A program made the translations under genes and the position numbers. A stretch of DNA of 64,000 nt from Acidobacteriota bacterium (GTDB lineage: Bacteria > Acidobacteriota > Blastocatellia > RBC074). Numbering within the stretch: the first letter of the stretch is position 1; each line of letters opens with the position of its first letter. The notes below the pieces were generated by a model that ran no database searches, was not told where the DNA came from, and saw only the letters and a program-made list of their open reading frames with translations. Of the stretch, positions 53,416 through 62,312 are shown piece by piece. The stretch lies in assembly GCA_031423495.1 (NCBI GenBank), contig JANPFP010000001.1, forward strand, positions 32,030 through 96,029, read 5' to 3'.

Positions 53416-54462
53416 ATGAAAGCAATCAAACTCATCTGCGTTGTATTTTTTGGACTGGGCGTATTACTGCTGGCACTTTCGCCACGCATTGCCCAGTTCT
53501 CGTTATTCAACCGTTCTGTCGTGACTGCTAAGGCTTTACCACCTGACGACTTGAGCAAATACGTTGGCAGCGATTCGTGCGCAGAATGCCACGGAGCCGA
53601 GGTCGCCCGTTATGAACTGACGGCGCACAGCAAAACCAAACTCATCAGTGACAAGGTGAATTTGCGCGGTTGCGAATCGTGCCACGGCGGCGCGCGCGAT
53701 CACGTAGCCTTTTATCTGGACATTCAAAAAGCGAACGAAGCGGGCAAGGAAGCCGAGGCGGAAAAGTTAATGAACGATACCGTGAAAGCTGCGGCGGCCT
53801 CGCTATCTTCGTTCAAGAACATGCCTGCCGCGCAGGCCACGGCGACTTGTTTGAAATGCCACGAAGGCACGCAAGGCCGCAGCGAAGAACGCTTCAATTA
53901 CCGACGCGGCGAACACGCGCGACACGGCGTTTCGTGCAACGATTGTCACTCTTCGCACGAACCCAAACGCACTGAGTTTCTGTTAAAAGCGCCTGAGCCG
54001 GGCTTGTGTTACACCTGCCACGCCGAACAGAAAGCCTCGTTCGCCAAACCTTTCCATCACAAAGTGCCCGAAGGCGGCATGAACTGTTCTGATTGCCACA
54101 ATCAGCACGGCGGATTCGCGGGCAAGTCGTTGCGCAATTCGGTCAACGGCGATTCGGCTTGCGTGAAATGCCACGCCGATAAACAGGGGCCGTTCGTGTT
54201 TGAGCATGCACCGGTCAAAGTCGAAGGCTGTCAGGCTTGCCATACGCCGCACGGCTCGACCAACCCGAAATTGCTGACGCGCAACGTCGTCAGGTTCCTG
54301 TGCCTTGAATGCCACTCGAATACACCTGAGTTGACGGGCGACGGAGCCGGGCTGGGTACGCAATCGCCGACGGGGCACGACCTGACACAACCGCGTTATC
54401 AAAATTGCACGGTCTGCCACATTGACATTCACGGCTCAAACAAAGAGCGGTTCTTCCGCTAA
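53416..54462 (+). CDS. periplasmic decaheme c-type cytochrome, MtrA/MtoA/PioA-like
   Basis: 348 aa with exactly 10 CxxCH (CAECH, CESCH, CLKCH, CNDCH, CYTCH, CSDCH, CVKCH, CQACH, CLECH, CTVCH); signal peptide; followed by a large OM beta-barrel gene. Confidence 0.8.
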   Translation: MKAIKLICVVFFGLGVLLLALSPRIAQFSLFNRSVVTAKALPPDDLSKYVGSDSCAECHGAEVARYELTAHSKTKLISDKVNLRGCESCHGGARDHVAFYLDIQKANEAGKEAEAEKLMNDTVKAAAASLSSFKNMPAAQATATCLKCHEGTQGRSEERFNYRRGEHARHGVSCNDCHSSHEPKRTEFLLKAPEPGLCYTCHAEQKASFAKPFHHKVPEGGMNCSDCHNQHGGFAGKSLRNSVNGDSACVKCHADKQGPFVFEHAPVKVEGCQACHTPHGSTNPKLLTRNVVRFLCLECHSNTPELTGDGAGLGTQSPTGHDLTQPRYQNCTVCHIDIHGSNKERFFR

Positions 54463-54480
54463 GAGGAAAGGAGGCTGACA

Positions 54481-56622
54481 ATGAATATTCAAAGTAAATC
54501 AATGCAACGGTGGCTCTCCTGCTTGTTCGTGGGAGCCTGCACAACACTTTGCTTCTCCGGTGGCGCATGGGCGCAATCCGTCGAGAAGGCTGAAACGAGC
54601 CAGCAAGCACGTGAGGCTGACAGCGAACTCGAACGCGCCAAAGCCATCGTCAACAAACCCAAAGAGAACAAACCCGTAAAGACCGAAACAGGCCGTACGT
54701 GGGGCGTTTATTCGACGACCAGTTCGCTGGAAGTCGGCTATCGCTTCGTCAATGCGCGCGGCAGCGAAGCACGTTATCTGTCGGACGTGAATGTGCGCGA
54801 TGGTTTGCGCGTGCTGGAATCCACTGTGGATATGCGCGCGCGACCGGGAACTGGTTTGCTCTTCGATCACATGCGCGCCGAAGTACACAACGCGGGCGGC
54901 GATCAAAGTCAGAGCTTTGCGTTGCGTATGGACAAAACCAAATGGTATCGCTTCGATAGCAACGTCAGGCGGTTTAATTATTATCGTTCGCCGGGGCCGA
55001 ATTTCGCGTTGGGCTTTCGCGATTACGATTTGCGGCAACAGGTGTCTGATTACAGCTTGCGGTTGTTGCCGCAACGCGCCGTGCGCTTCAACGTGGGTTA
55101 TGCCCGCAGCATGGCGAAAGGCCGTTATAACCCGACCTACAGCTTTCAACGCGACATCTTTCAGTTGTTCGGCGATACGCGCTGGGAAGCCAACGATTAC
55201 CGGCTCGGAATGGACGCCACTTATCGCAAGTGGGATTTTAACGTAGAGCAACTTTATCGCACCTTCCGTAACGATCCCGACATCAACTCACGACCGGGCG
55301 GCGATTTGGGTTTCAACCCGACGGACGGCGGCAGACTTACGCTGCTTGATCGGGCGACGCCACAACGTTCGACGGCGGCGGTCATTCGCGGCAGTGTGCG
55401 CGGCAGTGTGGCGGAACGCGTGCATGTCGTGTTACGCGGCTTGCACGATGAAGAGCGAATGCGCGCGGCTTATTACGAAATTGCCAGCGGCAGAAACAAC
55501 AACAACGTTGCCATGCCGAGTTACGTGCTGACGCTGCCCGCTCCCGGCGCGAATGTCACTAGGCCGAACAGCCGCGTAGACGCCGCTGTCAGTTTCGACA
55601 TCAATGATCATCTGACCTTGAGCAATACGTTTGGCTATACCGCGTTCAAGATTCTCGGCAACACCGACGTGACGGCGACGACCGTGTTGCAACCCGCGAC
55701 GGGGCCGCCAACGACTACGACGACGCGGCAAGTGTTCACGAATTACATCACCGACCTGACTTCCTATTCCAACACGCTGGCGTTGGACATCAGTTATGGC
55801 CGCAAGTTCAGCGCCAATTTAGGCTGGCGCGCCATGCAACGTGATGTTTCGCTGGCGAATAACTTTCTCACGGCGACCAGTCCGATTTCGGCCACCAATC
55901 CGCAAATCGGGAGCGAAAGCGAATCTATCGGCACGCACGCTTTCATCGGCGGTCTGCGGGTGCGTCCGACTGAGAACACCAGCTTTATGTTCGACATCGA
56001 ACAGGGGCAGAACAACAACTCGTTCGTGCGTATCAATCCACTTGATTACCTGCGCATCCGCGCGCGCGCGCAAGTGAAAGCGACTGATAAGTTAGGTTTC
56101 ACAGGCACATTCACTTCGACGGATCGCACCAATCCTACGCCGCAGGTGAACAACGAATCTGACGCGCGTAGTTACACGGTGGCAGTGAATTGGGAACCCA
56201 AAGAGCGCGTGTGGCTTGATGCCGGATACGACTATCACGACCTGTTTGCGACGGGGAACATTCTTTACACGCTCAATGTCGGCGGCACGAACCAACGCAT
56301 TTCGGGCCGGTCGCTTTATTACGCGCGCATCAATTCAGTTTATTTGAACACGCGGTTGGGGTTGAGCAAACGTCTTGATCTGATGATGTTCTATTACTAC
56401 ATCATGGATCGCGGCATTCCGTCGGTCAGTTTGGGGCCGAACGACAACGCCAATGCGCTGCCACTCAGACGCCACAATCCTGAAGCCCGCCTCGCTTATC
56501 GCTTCACCAACCACGTGACCGGCAATCTGAGTTACCGACATTACAGCTACAACGAGCGCGATTTCTTCGTGCAGGATTATCGTGCAAACATCCTCACGAG
56601 CAGTCTGCGTTTCACTTTTTAA
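54481..56622 (+). CDS. MtrB/PioB-like outer membrane beta-barrel (porin partner of decaheme cytochrome)
   Basis: 713 aa, signal peptide, alternating amphipathic strands, C-terminal ...LRFTF aromatic terminus; size and synteny match MtrB/MtoB. Confidence 0.6.
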   Translation: MNIQSKSMQRWLSCLFVGACTTLCFSGGAWAQSVEKAETSQQAREADSELERAKAIVNKPKENKPVKTETGRTWGVYSTTSSLEVGYRFVNARGSEARYLSDVNVRDGLRVLESTVDMRARPGTGLLFDHMRAEVHNAGGDQSQSFALRMDKTKWYRFDSNVRRFNYYRSPGPNFALGFRDYDLRQQVSDYSLRLLPQRAVRFNVGYARSMAKGRYNPTYSFQRDIFQLFGDTRWEANDYRLGMDATYRKWDFNVEQLYRTFRNDPDINSRPGGDLGFNPTDGGRLTLLDRATPQRSTAAVIRGSVRGSVAERVHVVLRGLHDEERMRAAYYEIASGRNNNNVAMPSYVLTLPAPGANVTRPNSRVDAAVSFDINDHLTLSNTFGYTAFKILGNTDVTATTVLQPATGPPTTTTTRQVFTNYITDLTSYSNTLALDISYGRKFSANLGWRAMQRDVSLANNFLTATSPISATNPQIGSESESIGTHAFIGGLRVRPTENTSFMFDIEQGQNNNSFVRINPLDYLRIRARAQVKATDKLGFTGTFTSTDRTNPTPQVNNESDARSYTVAVNWEPKERVWLDAGYDYHDLFATGNILYTLNVGGTNQRISGRSLYYARINSVYLNTRLGLSKRLDLMMFYYYIMDRGIPSVSLGPNDNANALPLRRHNPEARLAYRFTNHVTGNLSYRHYSYNERDFFVQDYRANILTSSLRFTF

Positions 56623-56634
56623 TAACCCAATTCG

Positions 56635-56661
56635 GTAGGGCAGGTTACTAACCTGCCCTAC
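56635..56661. repeat. palindromic element GTAGGGCAGGTT-acta-AACCTGCCCTAC, copy 2, between beta-barrel and monoheme cytochrome genes
   Basis: perfect 12-bp arms; followed by aatttcggaggaaaatccATG. Confidence 0.6.
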
Positions 56662-56679
56662 AATTTCGGAGGAAAATCC

Positions 56680-57033
56680 ATGAATTCGACTGCCAAAAAA
56701 ACTGTGGCCGCACTCTTAGCCACCGTAGCTTTGACACTCTCTTTTTATGCGTCCCTGTCGGCTCCTGAGGCTGAAGCTTTCCAGAGCGTCAAGAGTTTGT
56801 ACGCCTCGAAATGTGCGGTTTGCCACGGTAACGACGGAAGCGCGAACACAGCCAAAGGCAAGGAATTGAAAGTTCGTAACTTGAAATCTGAGGAATTCAA
56901 AAAAATGCCCGACGCCAAAGCTATGGAAGTTATGCTCAAGGGCAAGGGCAAGATGGAAGGCTATGAAAAAACTCTCGGCAAGGAGAAGTGCGAACAATTG
57001 CTCGCCTATTGCCGCGAGCTTTCAAACAAATAA
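56680..57033 (+). CDS. periplasmic monoheme class-I cytochrome c (MtoD-like)
   Basis: signal peptide; single CAVCHG; ~117 aa. Confidence 0.7.
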   Translation: MNSTAKKTVAALLATVALTLSFYASLSAPEAEAFQSVKSLYASKCAVCHGNDGSANTAKGKELKVRNLKSEEFKKMPDAKAMEVMLKGKGKMEGYEKTLGKEKCEQLLAYCRELSNK

Positions 57034-57161
57034 GCTGTTACCTGCATCGGAATAGATACGGGTTGGTGAGTTGTTGCGTTCCATCCTGGCAGTCGCGCAA
57101 TTCGCCAGCCCTTTTATTATTTGCCGATTATTTCTGCCGATTATTTCTGGAGAACATTGCT

Positions 57162-57791
57162 ATGGGAGCTAATATAACCATTGTGATTGCCGTCATCCTG
57201 TTCAGCATCGCTCTGATTGCCTGGCTGATCTGGCGTCCGTCAATAACCGCCACGCGCGGAGGCAAGATGCTGGCCTTCGTTACGTTGCTGGTGTTTCCAC
57301 TGTTAGCCGGTGGCCTGGGCGTCAATGAACAACTGGCGCATTCCAAGACGACCAATTTCTGTCTGTCGTGCCACGTGATGGAAGATTACGGCAAGAGTTT
57401 GCACGTAGATGATCGCAGCCTCGTCCCCGCCATCCATTATCAGAACAACCTCGTGCCGCGCGACAACGCCTGTTTTACCTGCCACACCGATTACACGATG
57501 TTCGGCGATATGAATGCGAAGTTGCGCGGCTTGAAACACGTATACGCTTATTACATTGGCAAGCCGCAGCAGCCGATCAAGTTGTATACGCCTTACAACA
57601 ACCGCGAATGTTTGCATTGCCATTTGGGCGCGCGCTCTTACCAGGAATCAGAAGCGCACACCAAAAAGCCGCAACGTCTTGAACAAATGCGGCTCAATCA
57701 ACTGAGTTGCAGCACTACGGATTGCCATAACAACGTCCACAACATCAAAACGCTGAAAGAGGCGTCCTTTTGGAAGGAGTCCGGCAAATGA
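57162..57791 (+). CDS. NapC/NirT family membrane-anchored multiheme cytochrome (CymA-like quinol dehydrogenase)
   Basis: N-terminal TM helix; CLSCH, CFTCH, CLHCH plus an atypical CSTTDCH; spacing typical of NapC/NrfH. Confidence 0.7.
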   Translation: MGANITIVIAVILFSIALIAWLIWRPSITATRGGKMLAFVTLLVFPLLAGGLGVNEQLAHSKTTNFCLSCHVMEDYGKSLHVDDRSLVPAIHYQNNLVPRDNACFTCHTDYTMFGDMNAKLRGLKHVYAYYIGKPQQPIKLYTPYNNRECLHCHLGARSYQESEAHTKKPQRLEQMRLNQLSCSTTDCHNNVHNIKTLKEASFWKESGK

Positions 57792-58012
57792 ATCACCCAC
57801 TCACAAAAATCGAAAAACGGATTCGCCTTTCCGGCTTGCTGATTATCGCAGGGCTGTTAGTGGAACTGATTACGTTGCGCTGGTCTCATCCAACTGCGTT
57901 TCTGTTCTTCCTGCTGCTGGGCGGTACACTGATGGCGGCAGGCATTCTGATTTATCTTTTCTCTCTGGCTTCGATTGGCGCGACCGATGAGCGATCCGAT
58001 CTTGCCAAATAG
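57788..58012 (+). CDS. small membrane protein (74 aa)
   Basis: two TM helices; ATG overlaps the CymA-like stop (aaatgaatc). Confidence 0.4.
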   Translation: MNHPLTKIEKRIRLSGLLIIAGLLVELITLRWSHPTAFLFFLLLGGTLMAAGILIYLFSLASIGATDERSDLAK

Positions 58013-58057
58013 CGTTCCCCCCGCAGCCGATTAGGAATGAGGAATGGCGGGCGGCGC

Positions 58058-59383
58058 TCAATCAATGTCGCGCGCCTCTGTTTGCGCTTGCGACAAATTG
58101 ACGCCGCTCAATAACCACAACCCGCCGACAAACAACACCAACAGCGAAAGAATCGCCAGCCGGTATTGTCCGGTGAATTGATAGGCCAGCCCAAACAGCA
58201 AAGGCCCCAGCCAACTCGCGCCCTTGTCGGTGATTTCATAAAAACTGAAATACTCGGCCTCGTGGCCGACGGGAATCATTTGCGCGAACAGCGAACGACT
58301 CAGTGCTTGACTGCCGCCCAACACCACCGCGATGACTGCGCCGAGCCAATAGAACTGTGCCGCCGTGTGTAAAAAGCCGTAAAGATAAAACAACGCGCCA
58401 ATCCAAATCAGTAAGCTCAACATCACGGCGCGTTTGGCTCCCATCACTTTGGCGAGCGCGTTGAAAAGCAAGCTGCCGCCAAAGGCTACGAATTGCACGA
58501 GCAAAATCACTTGCGTCAGCGTAGCGATTGAGAGCCGCAATTCTTCTTGTCCGAATTGCGAAGACAGCGTGATGACTGTTTGAATGCCGTCGTTGAATAA
58601 CAAATAGGCGAGCAAAAATCGCAGCGTATGCGGCGCACGACGAATCTTGCCGAACGTGGCGCGCAAGCGAGTGAATCCGGCGGACAGATAATTCGTTGCG
58701 CTTGGTTGGGTTGGCATCGAGGGACGATTGCGCAGGATAGCCACCGGAATCAATGTGAACACCGCCCACCACACGCCCGCCGAAGCGAGGCTTAATCGCA
58801 CGGCGCGTTCGGTCGTCAGTCCCCAACGTTCGGCTTGCGTGACGAGCAATAGATTCAAGGCCAACAGCAATCCGCCGCCGAGATAACCGAGCGCCCAACC
58901 AATCGAAGATACGCGGTCGCGTTCGTCCGGCGCGGCGATTTCGGGCAAGAAGGCGTTGTAAAAAACGATGGATGGATGATAGGCAAACGTCGCCAACAGA
59001 AAGAGCGCGCCGCCTGCCAGATAATGCGTACCTTGCAACCAATACATCGCCATCGTCGCGCCTGATCCGACAAAAGCGCACACGCCGAGCAATTCGCGTT
59101 TGCGATTGGTCGTATCGGCCAACGCGCCTACGACGGGCAACACCAAAACTTGCACGGCAACCGAAAGCGCGATGAGGTAAGGAAAGTAAGCTCCCGCGCG
59201 AATGCTCAAGCCCAACGGATGCACGTAACCATTTTCATCTGCTGCGGCCTTCGTAATGACCGTCAGCCACGGGCCGTAAAACACCGTCACCACGCTGGTA
59301 TAAAACGCCGAGTTCGCCCAGTCGTAAAAATACCAGCCGAACCGCGCGCGTTTCATAGCGACGGGCGAGACACAATCATCCAT
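58058..59383 (-). CDS. MFS transporter
   Basis: 12-TM layout, 441 aa. Confidence 0.75.
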   Translation of the reverse strand: MDDCVSPVAMKRARFGWYFYDWANSAFYTSVVTVFYGPWLTVITKAAADENGYVHPLGLSIRAGAYFPYLIALSVAVQVLVLPVVGALADTTNRKRELLGVCAFVGSGATMAMYWLQGTHYLAGGALFLLATFAYHPSIVFYNAFLPEIAAPDERDRVSSIGWALGYLGGGLLLALNLLLVTQAERWGLTTERAVRLSLASAGVWWAVFTLIPVAILRNRPSMPTQPSATNYLSAGFTRLRATFGKIRRAPHTLRFLLAYLLFNDGIQTVITLSSQFGQEELRLSIATLTQVILLVQFVAFGGSLLFNALAKVMGAKRAVMLSLLIWIGALFYLYGFLHTAAQFYWLGAVIAVVLGGSQALSRSLFAQMIPVGHEAEYFSFYEITDKGASWLGPLLFGLAYQFTGQYRLAILSLLVLFVGGLWLLSGVNLSQAQTEARDID

Positions 59384-59487
59384 AAACTACCTCCGCCGCT
59401 TTCTTGAGCAATCGTCAAGCCGTGAGTGTGGCTGCGTGATTTCGCGCAAGCCACGCTCATCGTTGCGCAATATGACACAGCTTTAGG

Positions 59488-59504
59488 CTGGCATCGCACT
59501 TGCA
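59488..59504 (+). promoter_or_regulatory. candidate sigma-54 promoter cTGGCATcgcacTTGCA upstream of USP
   Basis: TGGCA-N..-TTGCA with canonical spacing; ~25 nt upstream of the ATG. Confidence 0.5.
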
Positions 59505-59527
59505 CTCCGCAGTGTCGGAGGTGAGTT

Positions 59528-59977
59528 ATGAAAATTCTTGTAGCAGTAGATGGTTCAGCAAGCAGTCAAGCCGCAGTGGCTTCGGTCGCGGCGCGTCCGT
59601 GGCCGACGGGCAGCGAAATCAAAATTCTGGCAGTCGCCGAGTTGCACATTATTCCTACGCAGGAGTTTGGCATGTTGCCGCCGAGCTATTACGACAGCGC
59701 GGCGGATGCGGCGCATACGTTGGCGCAGGCTGCGGTCAAAGCGGCAACGGACGTAATCCAACATCGCACGACGACCGGTTTAACGGTGGCGACCGATATC
59801 AAGACGGGCTTCGCCAAATCGGTCATTCTCGATGAAGCCGAAAAGTGGGGCGCTGATTTGATCGTATTGGGTTCGCACGGATACAAAGGCTTGCAACGCT
59901 TTTTGCTCGGCTCGGTTTCGCAAGCGGTCGCCGCGCATGCGACGTGTTCGGTCGAAATCGTGCGGGTGAAAAAGTAA
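59528..59977 (+). CDS. universal stress protein, single domain
   Basis: MKILVAVDGSASSQAAV...LIVLGSHGYKGLQRFLLGSVSQAVAAHATCSVEIVR. Confidence 0.85.
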   Translation: MKILVAVDGSASSQAAVASVAARPWPTGSEIKILAVAELHIIPTQEFGMLPPSYYDSAADAAHTLAQAAVKAATDVIQHRTTTGLTVATDIKTGFAKSVILDEAEKWGADLIVLGSHGYKGLQRFLLGSVSQAVAAHATCSVEIVRVKK

Positions 59978-59993
59978 CAACTATAGAGCGCAG

Positions 59994-60110
59994 ACAAATT
60001 AGACAGGATTGACAGGATTTTCAGGATTCACAGGATAAGGAAAACGCTGAAAAGTCCATGTCTATTGCAGAATCCTGTCTATCCTGAAAATCCTGTCTAT
60101 CCTGCCTAAT
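59994..60110. repeat. AT-rich inverted repeat of ~35-bp arms built from four 9-mer iterons (gacaggatt / tcaggattt / cacaggata) with a ~32-bp loop
   Basis: left arm agacaggattgacaggattttcaggattcacaggata; right arm is its approximate reverse complement aatcctgtctatcctgaaaatcctgtctatcctg. Confidence 0.6.
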
Positions 60111-60132
60111 TCTGCTTGAGAGCGAAAACGTT

Positions 60133-61305
60133 ATGGCGCGCATTGTCATTCTCGGCGGGGGCTTCGCCGGTGTCGTCACCGCCGAAGCCCTCGCGCAACA
60201 ACTGGGCAGCGAACACGAAATCACGCTGATTGCGCGACAACGCGAATTCACGTTTTATCCGGCGCTGGTGCGGCTGGCCTTCGACCAATGTCATGTTGAA
60301 GACGTGTTCTTTGATCTCGAGGGTTCATTGCTTTCGCAACGCGTCAAGTTCATCCAGGCCGAGATTCTCTATCCTGACCCACTCAGCGAAACGGTCGTAA
60401 TTCGTCAAGCAGAGCGTGAACGCGCTGTGCCTTACGATTATTTGGTGATGGCGTTGGGGCGACGTCTGGCGACCCGCGAAATCAAAGGCTTCGACGCGCA
60501 CGCGCATCATCTGTTGTCAGTAGGTGCGGCGTTGCGCTTGGGCGAAGCCGTCAAACATTTTCACGCAGGCAACGCCATCATCGGATATTGCCCCGAAGCG
60601 CGGCTGGTCGTACCGGTGTTTGAAACGGCCTTCGCCTTAGATCGCGTATTGCGCGAACGCGGCGAACGTGAGGCTACGCAAATCAGCATCTTGAGTCCGG
60701 GCAAGCTCGGCGAATTTTTAGGCGGTGAGGAATTGCTGCCCGCTTTGCAAAAGGCGCTAGCGAAACACGACATCACTGTAACGACTGAGTTTCCGGTTGA
60801 CTTGATCGGTGACCGCGAAATCTGGGCGCGCGACAATCGGCGAATGCCTTACGATTTGTTGATGTTGATTCCGCCCTTCGCCGGGCCGGATGAAGTGGCT
60901 TATCGCGGCTTGACCGACGAGACCGGCTTCGTCCGCGTAGACCGACAGATGCGCGTGCGCAGCGCGCGCAACGTTTACGCCGCCGGAGATTGTGTGAGTT
61001 TGATCGGGCCGAAGATGGGCCACCTCGCCGTGCTGCAAGCCGATGTCGTCGCCGCCAACCTCATCGCCGAACTCAGTGGACGCGAACCCGAAACCCGCTA
61101 CGAACACGAACTAACGCTCATCATCAACGAAGATGGCGAGGATTCACTTTTCTTTCACAAGGAACTTTGGGATGGCGGGCTGGGGACGATTCGACAAGGC
61201 CGTTTTTGGAGTTGGGCGAAACAAGCCCATACGAATTACTGGGCGCGAATGCACAAACTCAGTCCGATTGAAAAAGCTAACCACCCTTCTGAAAGCGACT
61301 CCTGA
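60133..61305 (+). CDS. FAD-dependent pyridine nucleotide-disulfide oxidoreductase (sulfide:quinone oxidoreductase / NDH-2-like)
   Basis: Rossmann ILGGGFAGV motif, second FAD/NAD site YAAGDC; 390 aa. Confidence 0.65.
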   Translation: MARIVILGGGFAGVVTAEALAQQLGSEHEITLIARQREFTFYPALVRLAFDQCHVEDVFFDLEGSLLSQRVKFIQAEILYPDPLSETVVIRQAERERAVPYDYLVMALGRRLATREIKGFDAHAHHLLSVGAALRLGEAVKHFHAGNAIIGYCPEARLVVPVFETAFALDRVLRERGEREATQISILSPGKLGEFLGGEELLPALQKALAKHDITVTTEFPVDLIGDREIWARDNRRMPYDLLMLIPPFAGPDEVAYRGLTDETGFVRVDRQMRVRSARNVYAAGDCVSLIGPKMGHLAVLQADVVAANLIAELSGREPETRYEHELTLIINEDGEDSLFFHKELWDGGLGTIRQGRFWSWAKQAHTNYWARMHKLSPIEKANHPSESDS

Positions 61306-61414
61306 AGGCAGAAGAAAACATGGAAATAAGGGAACAAACGGAAGTTGCTCTATTTTTTCATTTTTCGTCTGCTCCGTTATTTCTGTCTGTTCCGTACTCT
61401 CAAAAAAGCCTTCG

Positions 61415-62284
61415 TCATCCGCGCACCACTTCAACAGAACATTCTGCGCGTGCCGCTACGCCCGCCGAAACGCTGCCGATCATGATGCGTTCAAAGCGTC
61501 CCAGACCGCGTCCGCCGATGAAGATCACATCGGCTTGCCAACGCTCTGCTTCGTCACAAAGCAGCTTTTTCGGTTCTTCGTCTTTCACAACTGACGAAGC
61601 GTATAAGCCCGTCGTACTCAGCAATGCTTCGCCGTGTTGCATCATGTCTGAGATGCGGGTGCGTTCATCGGCGAGCCATTTTTCGAGTGTCAACATTGTT
61701 TGTTGCGATGAGGCGGGCAACGTATAAGGCGCACCGTTCACCAGTCGCACCTCGCTGCCTTGCGGCCAGTGGCGCGCGGCGACCGCCTTGATGGCGGCTT
61801 CCGCGCCCGGCGAACCGTCTACGCCAACGATGATGCGGGCGGGTTCATCGGGCTGGCGCGCGTGGGTGCGAATGCGAGCGACGTGAACGGAACAACGCGC
61901 TTCGTGCAAAACCTTTTGCGAGACGCTGCCGAAAAAGAAGCGCCCCAACGCCGTGCGTCCGTGTGAACCGATGACGATCAAGTCGGGCTGCCAAACATCG
62001 GCTTCGGCCAGCAAGACGCTGGCGGGCGAACCAAACTCGGTGCGCGCGTCTATGTTCCATTCAGGAAAAGCGAGCTCCAGCGCGGTGCGCGCACGACGCG
62101 CGAGCGCCAGGTTTTCTTGATCGTGCGTAATGCCCTGATACGTCTCAAGCGCAGAAGGCGGCGGCAGCCACGTTTCGGAGACCGCCAACACGAGCGCTTC
62201 GGCGTGGAGCGGCAACCCCGCGCGCGGCAAATCAGCCAACGCGGCATCGGCGCATTCAGAGCCGTCATAAGCGATTAGAATTTT
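61415..62284 (-). CDS. universal stress protein, tandem UspA domains
   Basis: MKILIAYDGSECADAAL...[36 protein letters not shown] and second module; 13 nt downstream of the cytochrome gene. Confidence 0.85.
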   Translation of the reverse strand, partial: KILIAYDGSECADAALADLPRAGLPLHAEALVLAVSETWLPPPSALETYQGITHDQENLALARRARTALELAFPEWNIDARTEFGSPASVLLAEADVWQPDLIVIGSHGRTALGRFFFGSVSQKVLHEARCSVHVARIRTHARQPDEPARIIVGVDGSPGAEAAIKAVAARHWPQGSEVRLVNGAPYTLPASSQQTMLTLEKWLADERTRISDMMQHGEALLSTTGLYASSVVKDEEPKKLLCDEAERWQADVIFIGGRGLGRFERIMIGSVSAGVAARAECSVEVVRG

Positions 62285-62312
62285 CATCAGTTCTTTCATT
62301 TTGTTTTTACTC

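Noticed and set aside
59994-60110. Possible CRISPR array from the caggatt repeats
   Set aside because: Only four 9-bp units arranged as inverted arms without unique spacers. No CRISPR-like repeat-spacer periodicity anywhere in the window, and no cas genes.
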